DNA of 20,000 nt, taken from NCBI RefSeq assembly GCF_004010195.1, contig NC_057718.1, positions 72,719,615 through 72,739,614 on the forward strand, read 5' to 3'. The notes under the pieces were generated by a model. It worked only from the letters and a program-made list of their open reading frames with translations, had not been told where the DNA came from and searched no databases. A program made the translations under genes and the position numbers. Below, one piece after another: positions 9,612 to 20,000 of the stretch. The stretch's first letter is position 1. Each line of letters starts with the position of its first letter. The DNA comes from Chiloscyllium plagiosum (Eukaryota).

Positions 9612-10074
9612 AAGATTTACGAGGATGTTGCCAGGGCTAGTAGTCCTGAGTTAGAGGGAGAAGTTGGCCAGAATAGGACTTTATTCCTTGGAACATAGAA
9701 GAATGTGGGGTGACCTTATTAGAATACATAAAATCATGAAGGGCATAGATAGATAGATGAATGCATGCAGTCTTTTTCCCCAGCGATGGGGAATTGAAAA
9801 CTAGAGGGTAAGGCGAGAGGGGAAAGATTTAAGGAGGATCTGAGAGACAACTTCTTCACAGAGACAGTAGTGCATATATGGAATGGGCTGCCAGAGAAAG
9901 TGCTTGAGGCAGGGATAATAGTAACATAATAAAAAACATTTGGATAGATACATTGATGGGAAGGGATATGGACCAAATGCAGCCAATTGGAACAAGCGGA
10001 GTGGGCACCACAGTCAGCATGGATCTGTTTGGGCCAAAGGGCGTGTTTCCATACTGTATTACTCTATGACTCTG
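9612..10074 (+). mobile_element. HER1/CR1 3' fragment
   Basis: Starts agatttacgaggatgttgccagg (RFTRMLPG) and ends gggccaaagggcgtgtttccatactgtattactctatgactct, an HER1-type tail. Confidence 0.8.
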
Positions 10075-10135
10075 TAAAAGACTGCCTGTGCAATGTACAG
10101 TACTGAATTGGGAAAGAAAATCCTGCAATTAAATA

Positions 10136-10315
10136 CAGGGCGACCCCCATATCCACAGGTCCAGTTACCACATCCCGAACGAGTAAAAGGAAAAATCCAG
10201 AACCGGGGACCAGGAGGCTGCCAGGAAAGCACACTTCCCATTTAAATGAAAGGGTTCATACCTATCCACAGTAGGTCCTGGAACGTATCCCCCTCGGTAT
10301 GGGGAGGGACTACTG
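10136..10315. mobile_element. Tc1/mariner-pogo (Tigger-like) MITE, 180 bp
   Basis: TA|CAG...CTG|TA ends (TA at 10134-10135 and 10316-10317). Imperfect TIRs CAGGGCGACCCCCATATCC and CAGTAGTCCCTCCCCATACC. The right end GGAACGTATCCCCCTCGGTATGGGGAGGGACTACTG resembles MER44/Tigger7 ends. Confidence 0.65.
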
Positions 10316-10409
10316 TATTGGAAAGACAACGATCCTGTCATAAAATCCATTCCCGATACATCAATTTGATCTTTCGTGTCCTTGCTGCTCACCAACTCGG
10401 TAATCTCCT

Positions 10410-10570
10410 TCAGCTGTACCGTTGGTGGCAATTATTTTAGCTGCCTAGATTACAAACTCTGGGATTCCCATCCTCAAATATCTCCACCTGGCTTTTCCTT
10501 TTTAAGATGTTACTTAGAACCTACATTTTTAACCACATTTGTATGCCAACTGCCTTAATTAATATTTTGC
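10410..10570 (+). mobile_element. L2-clade LINE 3' fragment
   Basis: ttggtggc..ttagctgcctag..aaactctgggattccc..tttaagatgttacttagaacctacatttttaacc (GG..FS..LW.S.P..FK..L.TY.F pattern of L2 ends). Confidence 0.55.
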
Positions 10571-10985
10571 ATTATGGTTTTCATAGAACTAATAATTTTG
10601 AGTGAGCTACAAGGTCAAAGAAAACATTTCAGACTAAAATTCAAGCTGAAGAAGGCATTTTGTTTTCTTCAACTTGGAATTAAATATACTAATTAATATA
10701 TTAACTAGTACAACTGATTATTCAGTCAGAAACAGGTGATTAAATAAGTAATAAGTCTCAATTGAACTACAATAGAAGCATCAATAATTCAACAGCAGAG
10801 ACATTAAAAGACTAAGAATTTCCTTAATAAGCTGTTGTAGTTTATGCGAGGAGGAATGTATAAACAGATAATTGCCCACAACCTGGGTCAGCAATAGATA
10901 GAACTACACGATGCTCTTAAGAAATGTACAACTAATGAAGGCCTATGAAAGCATGCAAGAGCTGCTCAAAATCTCTGTATCTCAT

Positions 10986-11289
10986 GATTAGATTAGATTC
11001 CCCACAGTGTGGCAACAGGCCCTTCGGCCCAACCAGTCAACACCGACCCTCCAAAGAGTAACCCACCCAGACCCATCTCCCTCTGACTAATGCACCTAAC
11101 ACTATGGGCAATTCACCTGACCTGCACATCTTTGGATTGTGTGAGGAAACCGGAGTACCTGGAGGAAACCCATGCAGACACGGGGAGAATGTGCAAACTC
11201 CACACAGACAGTCACCCAAGGCTGGTATCGAACCTGGGACCCTGATGCTGTGAGGCTGCAGTGCTAACCACTGAGTCACCGTGCCACCC
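10986..11289 (-). mobile_element. HE1-type V-SINE, near full length
   Basis: tRNA head gggtggcacggtgactcagtggttagc with B-box ggttcgatacc. V-domain tgtgtggagtttgcacattctccccgtgtctgcatgggtttcctcc. HER1-like tail ending in (aatct)n. Confidence 0.92.
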
Positions 11290-11616
11290 TTAAATGACGT
11301 ATTTAAAATGTGGCACTCAATTTCATTCTTGAACATAAGTGAACCATCACTGCCTCAAGGGCATAGAATTTGAAAGAGTTCCAGCCCTCAGTGAAAAAAT
11401 TCCTCCTCACCCAAGTCCTAATTAACTCACCAGTAAGGGGAAATATCCTTCCTGCATCTACCCCAGCAAACCCTGAAAGAGTTTTCTATTTTTGAATGAA
11501 ATCACTGCTCATTCTTCTAAACGCCAGAGGATATACATAGGGCAACACCTCCACCAGGAGGTAATTTGGTGAATCTTCATTGCACTCTCCCTATGGCAAG
11601 TATACATTTCCTTAAG

Positions 11617-11753
11617 ATCAACTCTTGTAGTGTAGTGCCAGTGTCCCAACCTCTAAGTCAGGAGGCCTATGGTTAAGTCCTGCTTCCACCTCCACCCCCA
11701 ACCTGCTACAAAAGTATGTTGCAACATTTCTGAACAGGTTGATTAGAAGTATC
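11617..11753 (+). mobile_element. Short tRNA-derived SINE with target-site duplication
   Basis: A-box and B-box-like tgtagtgtagtg..ggttaagtcc. Flanked by tacatttccttaag (11603-11616) and tatatttccttagg (11754-11767). Confidence 0.6.
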
Positions 11754-11993
11754 TATATTTCCTTAGGCAAGGATACCAAAGTTGCATACAATTCTCCAGG
11801 TGTGGTCCCACCAAAGCTTTGTATAACTACAGTAAGATATCTTTTGTTCCAATACACAAATTTTCTTGTAATGAAGGCAATTTAAACAATTTTCCTTCAT
11901 GACTGCAAGGTGTACCAACACATCAACCTTCAGTGGAATACGGACTAGGACACCAAAGCCCCTTTGAGGTTCAACATTTCTGACACTCTCATA

Positions 11994-14169
11994 ATGGAAT
12001 TAAACAAAGGAAATTACATAGGCATAAGAACAGGTTTGGTCAGAGTAGATTGGGCAGGATGAGCGGTGGCAGATGTTTAAGGAGCTTCTGAATTTCTCCC
12101 AACTAAAATACATCCCACTGAAGAAGATAGATGGTAAGGGGCGGGGGGAGATTTATAAATAAATAAAAATAAAACAATCCACGGCTAAACAAAGAGGTCA
12201 AGGACAATTTAAAGTCAAAAACTAAGGTATACCGTATTGCAAAAGGCCAGTGGCAGGTTGGAAGGTTAGATAACTTCCAATCATAAACAAAAGGATACTT
12301 AAAAAAAAACAGCCAAGGTAAATTACAAAAGAAAACTAGCACAAACATTAAAAAGAATAGCAAACCCTCTATAAATTTATAAAAGTGAAGAGTCACTAAG
12401 GTGTATGTTGGTCCATTGGAATTTGAAACCGGAGAGTTAATAGTGGGGAACACTGAAATGGCAAAGATGCTAAATCAATACTGTGCTTCAGTTTTCACGG
12501 TGGAGGACAGCATGGAATGGGAAAGTCACAGACAATAAAAAGATAGAACTTAGAACAATCAACATTCATAGGGAAAAGATACTCAGCGAACTACTGGGAT
12601 TGAGGGCAGACAGTTCCCAAGCCTGATGGCCTACATCCTAGATTATTAAAGGAAGTGGTGAGAGAGATAGTGGATCTATTGGTTACAACATTCCAAAATT
12701 CCCTGGATACGGGAAAGGTTCCAATGGATTGGAAAAATGCTAACATAACACCCTTATTCAAAACAGAAGGAAGAAATATGTAAGAAATTACAGACCAGTT
12801 AGTTTAATATCTGCTGTTGGTAAGTGATAGAATAAACTATCAAGGAAGCAATATCACGACATTTGGATAGTCAAAACGCTATCCATCAGAGTCAGTATGG
12901 TTTTATGAAGGGTAAATCATGTTTGACTAACTTGTTCGACTTCTTCGGAGATGTAACAAACAAAGAGGATAATGGGAATTCTGTAGATATCTGGACTTCC
13001 AGAAGGCATTTGATAAGGTGCCACACAAAAGGTTAATTCACAAAGTTGGATCATACGGTAATTTATTAGCTTGAATAGGTGACTGGCTGATGGACAGAAG
13101 ATAGAATCGGGATAAATAGATTTTTCTCTGGATGGCAAGATGTAACTAATGGGATGCCACAGGGTTCGATCCTTGGACCTCAGCTATTTACAATCTATAT
13201 TAACAACTTGGATACAGGGATAGGAGGCTCTATAGCCAAATTTGTGAACGACAAAACTGGGGGGTTTGGTAAATTGCGAGGAGAAAATAAGAACGTTACA
13301 AATGGATATAGATAGGTTAGGAGAGTGGACCAAAATGTGGCAAATGCAGCTTAATGTGAATAAGTATGAGGTCACGCATTTTGGTCAAAATAAAAATGGG
13401 AAGGCGACCTATTATCTAACTGGGAAGAGATTTTGGGGTACTCTGGTGCAGAGGGATCTGGATGTCCTCGTTCAACAGTCACAGAAAATTAGCATGCAAG
13501 CACAGGAGATAATAAAGAAAGCGAATGGAATGTTGACATTTATAGCTAAAGCAATAGAATATAAAGGTAAGGAAGCATTATTGCAAGTATAAAAGGCATT
13601 GGTGAGACCGCACCTGGAGTAGTATGAACAGTTTTAGTCCCCTTATCTGAAGTACGATGTAGTGGCATTGGAAGCAGTTCAAAGGAGGTTCACTAGATTG
13701 ATCCCACAGATGAGAGGTTTGTTGTATGAAAAGATATTGAACAGTTTAGGCCAATACTATCTGGAATTTAGAAGAATGAGGAGAGATCAAATTGAGGTAC
13801 TCAAGATGATAAAAGGCTTGGATAAAATAAATGTGGAGTGGATGCTTCCGTTTGTGGACCATTGTAGAACGATAGGTCATAGTCTTAGGATAACGGGTAG
13901 CAAATTTAAAACAGAGTTGAGGAGAATCTATTTCTCCCAAAAGGGTTGTGAACTTGTGGAATTCATTACACCAAAGTGCAGAGGATGCTGGAACAATGAG
14001 TAAATTTAAGGAGGAATTAGACAGGAATTTAATTGATAAGGGGTTGAAGAGTTATGAAGAAAAGCCAGGAAAATGGGGGTGAGGAGCATATCAGCAATGA
14101 TCAAATAGCAGAGCAGATTTGATGGGCCAATTGGCCTGTTTCTGCATCTCTCTCATGAACTTATGAAGC
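11994..14169 (+). mobile_element. 5'-truncated CR1 LINE (ORF2 pseudogene with RT), about 2.2 kb
   Basis: Motifs YRPVSL, FQKAFDKVPHKRL, GMPQGSILGPQLFTIYINNLD, degenerate FADD (FVND) and ALEAVQRRFTRLIP. Tail catgaacttatgaa. Flanks gacactctcata (11982-11993) and gacactccata (14170-14180). Confidence 0.92.
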
Positions 14170-14401
14170 GACACTCCATATTTCTGGTTTTCCTGAGCAT
14201 AAGCAGATAATCTTACATTTCTTGACACTGTGTTCCATAGGCTAATTCCTTTCCCAAGTGTTTAGCTTCTCCAAACCTCCTTGAAGCATTTCTACATACT
14301 TCTCATAAAGCACACTTCCGCCTAGTTTTGTTTCATTGAAAACTTTGAAATACTACATTTAATCCCCACATCTAAAATCATTGACATAGACTGTGAACAG
14401 C

Positions 14402-17400
14402 CATAGAGATGTACAACATGGAAATAGACCCATCCATGCCGATCAGATATCCAAACTAAATTTAGTCCCACCTGCCAGCACCTGGCCCATATTGCTCCAA
14501 ACCCTTCCTATTCATATAACCATCCAAATGCCTCTTAAATGTTGCAATTGTACTAACCTCCACCACTTCCTCTGGCAGCTCATTCCATACATGTACTACC
14601 CTCTGAGTGAACAAGTTGCCCCATAGGTCTCTTTTATATCTTTCCCCTCTTACCCTAAACCTATGCCCTCTAGTTCTGGACTCCCCAACCCCAGGGAAAA
14701 GACCTTGTCTATTTATCCTATCCATGCTCCTCATAATTTTGTAAACCTCTATAAAGTCACCCCTGAGCTTCTGACACTCCAGGGAAAACAGCCCCAGCCT
14801 GTTCAGCCTCTCCCTTTGCTCATATCCTCCAACCCTGGCAACATCCTTGTAAATCTTTTCTGAACGATTTCAAGTTTCACAACATCTTTCCGATAGGAAG
14901 GAGACCAGAAATGCAAGCAGCATTCCAACAGTGACCTAACCAATGTTCTGTACAGCCACACCATTACCTCCCAACTCCTGTACTCAATACTCTGACCAAT
15001 AAAAGAAAGCATACCAAACGCCTTTTTCACTATCTCTCTGTTCAGCAACGCTCTCATTACCTTACCATTAAGGTGTTTAAGTCCTGCTAAGATTTGCTTT
15101 CCCAAAATGCAGCACCTCACATTTATCTGAATTAAACTCCATCTGCCACTTCTCAGCCCATTGGCCCATCTGGTCCAGATCCTGTTGTAATCTGAGTTAA
15201 CCCCCTTCGCTTTCCACTATACCTCCAATTTTAGTGTCATCTGCAAACTTATTAACTGTACCTCTGATGCTCGCATCCAAATCATTTATGTAAGTGACAA
15301 AAAGTAGAGGACCCAGCACTGATCCTTGTGACACTCCTCTGGTCACAGGCCTCCAGTCTGAAAAACAACCCTACACCACCCTCTGTCTTCTACCTTTGAG
15401 CCAGTTCTGTATCCAAATGGCTAGTTCTCCCTGTATTCACTGATATCTAACCTTGCTAACCAGTCTCCCATGGGGAACCTTGTCGAACGCCTTACTGAAG
15501 TCCATATAGATCATATCTACCACTCTGCCCTCATCAATCCTCTTTGTTACTTCCTCAAAAAACTCAATCAAGTTTGAGAGACATTATTTCCCTCGCACAA
15601 AACCATGTTGTCTATCCCTAATCAGTCATTGCCTTGCCAAATACATGTACATCCTGTCCCTCAGGATTCCCTCCAACAACTTGCCCACCACCGACGTCAG
15701 GTTTATTGGTCCATAGTTCCCTGGCTTGTCCTTACCACACTTCTTAAACAGCGGCACCACGTAAGCCAACCCCCAGTCTTCCGGCACCTCACCTGTGACT
15801 ATTGATGATACAAATATCTCAGCAAGAGGCCCAGTAATCACTTCTCTAGCTTCCCACATAATTCTAGGGTTCACCTGATCAGGTCCTGGGGATTTATCCA
15901 CTTTTATGCGTTTCAAGACATCCAGCAATTCCTCCTCTGAAATATGGACTTTTTGCAAGATGTCACCATCTATTTCCCTACAGTCTATATCTTCCATATC
16001 CTTTCCACAGAAAATACTGATGCAAAATACTCATCTAGTATCTCCCCCATTTTCTGCGGCTCCACACAAAGGCTGCCTTGCTGATCCCCGAGGAGCCCTA
16101 TTCTCTCCTTAGTTACCCTTTTGTCCTTAATATATTCATAAAAACTCTTTGGATTTTCCTTAATTCTATTTGCCAAAGCTATCTCATGTCCCCTTTTTGC
16201 TCTCCTGATTTCCCTCTTAAGTATACTCCAAGGATTCACTCGATCTATCCTGTCTATACCTGACATATGCTTCCTTCTTTTTCTTAACCAAACCCTCAAT
16301 TTCTTTAGTCATCCAGCATTCCCTATACCTACGAGCCTTTCCTTTCACCTGAACAGGAATATGCTTTCTCTGGATTCTAGTTCTCATTTCTGAAGGCTTC
16401 CCATTTTCCAGTCATCCCTTTACCTGCGAACATCTGCTCCCAATCAATTTTTGAAAGTTCTTGCCTAATATGGTCAAAATTGGCCTTTCTCCAATTTAGA
16501 ACTTCAACTTTTAGATCTGGTCTATCCTTTTCCATCATTATTTTAAATCTAATAGAATTATGGTCACCTGCCCTGCCTTATTTTCCAAGAGTAAGTCAAG
16601 TTTTGCATCTTCTCTAGTAGATACATCCACATACTGAGTCAGAAAATTGTCTCGTACACACTTAAATTCCTCTCCATCTAAACCCTTAACACTATGGCAG
16701 TTCCCTACCATAGTGAAAGTTAAAATCCCCGACTATAACCACCCTATTATTCTTACAGATGGCTGAGATCTCCTTACAAGTTTGTTTTTCAATTTCCCTC
16801 TGACTATTAGGGGGTCTATAATATAATCCCAATTAGGGTCTATAATACAATCCCAATAACTGTCTCTCCAACTGATCCATTCGATCTGATAAGATTCGTA
16901 GCCAGCAGCATTTATGGCAGATATAATTCGCAGTAACCCTTAAACTCTCTAAACGCCCACATCTGACAAGAAGTGCATATCACTCTACTAAAGGCCATTT
17001 TTGCTCCTTCACAATCTACAATCTACAGAAAATAAAACAGTCTTATTCCTCTACAAACATTGCCCCAGGTTAAATCAATAGTTATGGCTTATATTTTAAG
17101 TCTAATCAAGAGACATATCTCCAAAAACATTTAATCAAGAAAGAACTTGCTCTACTCACTACTGCAGATTCTCTGTAGGCCACACTTAAAACAACGATTA
17201 AATTATCTGATTCTGTGCCATGAATTTCACCCAACAGTTTCTCAAAGATCAGCTGTGAATTTCACTGATTGATAATTTTCCCAGATGCACTCCAATGTCC
17301 AGCGATACACAAATTCAAACATCAAAGGCAGTAACTGTGCAGGTTTTCTCTCTCCTGCAATGACCTCACCATGTGCTTCCTTTGTCTGTTCTTCTCCCTT

Positions 17401-17586
17401 TTAAAACTGCTGTTGTTTTTACTTTTTTTCCAAAGTTCCAAAACAATGCAACAGCATATGAAACAGTAATTGCTGCTCCCGCAATTCGAGGAAATCACCT
17501 CCAGCACCTAAAATATCTTAAAAAAGGTGCAGCTGTTACAGCCAGAATTTTTTCTCATCCTCCATCTTGGATTACCCAGAATCCCC
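14402..17586 (-). mobile_element. HER1/CR1 LINE with 5'UTR, ORF1 start, internal deletion and ORF2 pseudogene
   Basis: 5'UTR 17586-16999. ORF1 start MAFSRVICTSCQMW..YICHKCC..LSDRMDQLERQL. ORF2 motifs YRPPNSQ, VGDFNF, KSPGPD, DFSKAFDKVPH, KFADDTK and RFTRMLPG. HER1-type 3' tail at 14402-14460. Frameshifts throughout. Confidence 0.92.
16858..16998 (-). pseudogene. CR1 ORF1 N-terminus (zinc finger plus leucine zipper), frameshifted
   Basis: ATG at 16998. CxxC...CxxC followed by a heptad-like LRILSDRMDQLERQL. One frameshift after FRE. Confidence 0.75.
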
Positions 17587-18254
17587 ACAGCTGGGGCCCA
17601 ATCTTTGCAGAAGCCCACTTAATCAAAGCCTGCCCATCTGAAACTGACTCATTGTTTTCTATTCTATTTTCTGCCCATTTATCAATTCTCAAACTGTACC
17701 ACGAAATGTGCTCTAACAAAAACAGCAAGTCTGGCAACATCTGTGAAGAGAAATCAAAGCTTTGGATCTGGTGAGTGTTCCTCCTATGTGTTCCAACTTT
17801 GTTTACCAACCTCTCATATTGTGGATGCAAATTATGTTGTTGCCACGAGACAAACCCCCTGGAATGTCACACCTAAAGATTTGAAGGAAATAACCCTTTA
17901 AAGGGGAAAGGGGCAAGTCAAAACAGACGAGTTTGCAATCTATCGTGATATAATGATAAGAAGAAGCTGACAACCTGCTGCTCAACAGCAAGATCCCCCG
18001 CTGTAGATTATGTCCCAAAGTACCTCTGGAGAATACACAAGGACAGGGGTTAAGAATCCAGTTTCAACTCTACTGGAATGTGCTGGTGGGACTGAATATT
18101 CTCACAAGTGACAGGAGGCTAATGACAATACATACTAACCTGGTTTTCAGTGTTAGCACACTGTGAAGATTATAGTTCAAGAACTATATCCTAGTTACCT
18201 GTGTTTCATGTCTCTCACTCAGCCAGCCGTCAACAAGCTAGCAAGGCAATCAAA

Positions 18255-18606
18255 AGGAAATAGGACCAGTGGGGCCAAGAAATAGCAGATGGAGTTTAAT
18301 TTAGATAAATACGAATTGTTGCATTTTGGTAAGACAAATCAGGACAGGGTTTACACAGTTAATAGTACAGGCCTGGGGAGTGTTATCAAACAGAGTCCCA
18401 AAGGCTCACGCGCATAGTTCCTTGAAAATAGAATCACAAGGATGATAAAGAAGGCATTTGACACGCCTGCCTTCATCGGTCAGAGCATTGAGTACAGGTG
18501 TTAGGACATCACTGTACAACTGTACAGGACATTGGTACGGCCACATTCGGAGTACAGAATACAGTTCTGGTCACCCTGCATAGGAAAGATGTTATTAAAT
18601 AGGAAA
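18255..18606 (+). mobile_element. HER1/CR1 ORF2 internal fragment
   Basis: QMEFNLDKYELLHFGK and LYRTLVRPHSEYRIQFWSP motifs. Ends abruptly where Penelope sequence begins. Confidence 0.8.
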
Positions 18607-19015
18607 GTCAAGAACGGGGTACGATGCTCAACTCATCGACCGCCAGTTCCGAAGTGCCACAGCAAGGAACTGTAATGACCTCCTCAGGACACAGACATGT
18701 GCTGCAACCGACAGGGTACCCTTCATTGTTCAGTATTTCCCAGGAGCTGAAAAATTATCCATGTTCTTTGTGACCTGCAACACATTATCAATGAGGATGA
18801 GCACCTCACCAAGACTTTTCCCACACCTCCACTACTTGCCTTTAAACAACCGCCAAACCTCAAACAGATCATAATTCGTAGCAAGCTGCCAGACTCTCAG
18901 GACAACTCCATACAACCATCACGGTAGATGCCGCAAGACGTGTCAGAGTGTGGACATAGATACCACCATTATGCTTGGGGACACCTCCCACCTTGTACAT
19001 GGCAGGTACTCATTT
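18607..19015 (+). mobile_element. Penelope-like element fragment (RT thumb to Cys-containing linker, Neptune-like)
   Basis: GYDAQLIDRQF..DRVPFIVQYFPG..TFPTPPLLAFKQPPNLKQIIIRSKLP..GRCRKTCQSVDIDTT. Confidence 0.75.
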
Positions 19016-20000
19016 GAGGTAAAAACAATGACTGCAGATGCTGGAAACCTCCTCCAAGACTTCCGTTTCCCCGGCCCCCAACGCTTCATCTTCACCATGG
19101 AGATCCAATCCCTCTACACCTCCATCCGCCATGACCAGGGCCTCCAAGCCCTCCCTTTTTTCCTCCCCAACGTCCCCCAACAGTACCCTTCCACCGACAC
19201 TCTCATTCGTTTTGCCGAACTGGTCCTCACCCTTAACAATTTCTCCTTTGAATCCTCCCACTTCCTCCAGACCAAAGGGGTAGCCATGGGCACATGTATG
19301 GGCCCCAGCTATGCCTCTTTGTTGGCTACGTAGAACAGTTGATCTTCCGTAATTACACCGGCACCACTCCCCACCTCTTCCTCCGCTACATTGATGACTG
19401 CATTGGCGCCACCTCGTGCTCCCGCGAGGAGGTTGAGCAATTCATCAACTTCACCAACACATTCCACCCTGACCTTAAATTTACCTGGACCATCTCTGAC
19501 ACCTCCCTCCCCTTCCTGGACCTCTCCATCTCCATCAGTAACGACCGACTTGACACTGACATCTTCTACAAACCCACCGACTCCCACAGCTACCTGGATG
19601 ACACCTCTTCCCACCCTACCTCTTGCAAAAATGCCATCCCGTATTCCCAATTCCTCCGCCTCCACCGTATCTGCTCCCAGGAGGACCAGTTCCACCACAG
19701 AACACACCAGAAGGCCTCCTTCTTTAGAGACCGCAATTTCCCTTCCCACGTGGTTAAAGATGCCCTCCAACGCATCTCATCCACATCCCGCACCTCCGCC
19801 CTCAGACCCAACCCCCCCAACCGCAACAAGGACAGAACGCCCCTGGTGCCCACCTTCCACCCTACCAACCTCCGCATAAACCAAATCATCCGCCGACATT
19901 CCCCCCACCCCCAAACAGACCCCACCACCAGGGATATATTTCCCTCCCCACCACTCTCCGCCTTCCGCAAAGACCGTTCCCTCCGTGACTACCTGGCCAG
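19016..20000 (+). mobile_element. Penelope-like element RT region, young, running off the window
   Basis: FTMEIQSLYTSI, LTLNNFSF, QTKGVAMGTCMGPSYA, LRYIDD, FLDL, YKPTDSHSYL and IPYSQFLRL. C-rich sense strand with few frameshifts. Confidence 0.92.

Larger units (their letters stand above)
11300..17700 (-). mobile_element. Old CR1 host element in four pieces (11300-11616, 11754-11993, 14170-14401, 17587-17700)
   Basis: The pieces are collinear with a reverse-complement CR1 ORF2: 3' region, QFWSP/LVRPHLE region, degenerate ISKFADD at about 14320-14352, and the LGPQL region (actgtgaacag|ctggggcccaa) across the last junction. Confidence 0.7.

Noticed and set aside
10059..10440. Overlapping ORFs with exon-like GC content
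   Set aside because: They span a MITE and an L2 fragment, show no DOP1A similarity and have no convincing splice sites.
11240..11289. tRNA-like sequence with A and B boxes
   Set aside because: It is the head of an HE1 SINE, not a tRNA gene.
19010..19970. Long alternative-frame and antisense ORFs (153, 162 and 126 aa)
   Set aside because: By-products of the C-rich, stop-poor Penelope RT sequence.
1..20000. Prokaryotic RT systems (retron, DGR, CRISPR-associated RT) or CRISPR arrays
   Set aside because: All RT motifs belong to decayed eukaryotic CR1 or Penelope-like elements. There are no repeat-spacer arrays or operon structure, and spliceosomal exons are present.

Overview
Eukaryotic genomic DNA, almost certainly from a cartilaginous fish (shark): it carries an HE1-type V-SINE, HER1/CR1 LINEs and shark-type Penelope-like elements. 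The window lies inside the DOP1A (DOPEY1) gene on the minus strand. Three short coding exons that the ORF track misses (8846-8748, 5428-5329, 2870-2761) splice in frame with canonical GT-AG sites and encode the end of the Dopey N-terminal region (...[18 protein letters not shown]...). The rest is intron filled with decayed retroelements (CR1/HER1, RTE, L2, SINEs, Penelope-like) and a small Tc1/mariner-pogo MITE. The main points of interest are: (1) a repeat-free intronic block with a candidate 149-nt poison or alternative terminal exon (3135-2987) that would cut DOP1A right after the Dopey_N region; (2) a 640-bp palindrome of two Penelope 3' ends with a minimal hammerhead-ribozyme-like core; (3) a nest of three insertions, each with a candidate target-site duplication, inside one old CR1; (4) an internally deleted CR1 that keeps both termini. 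No prokaryotic system or CRISPR array is present. Family assignments are by recognition only; no database search was run.
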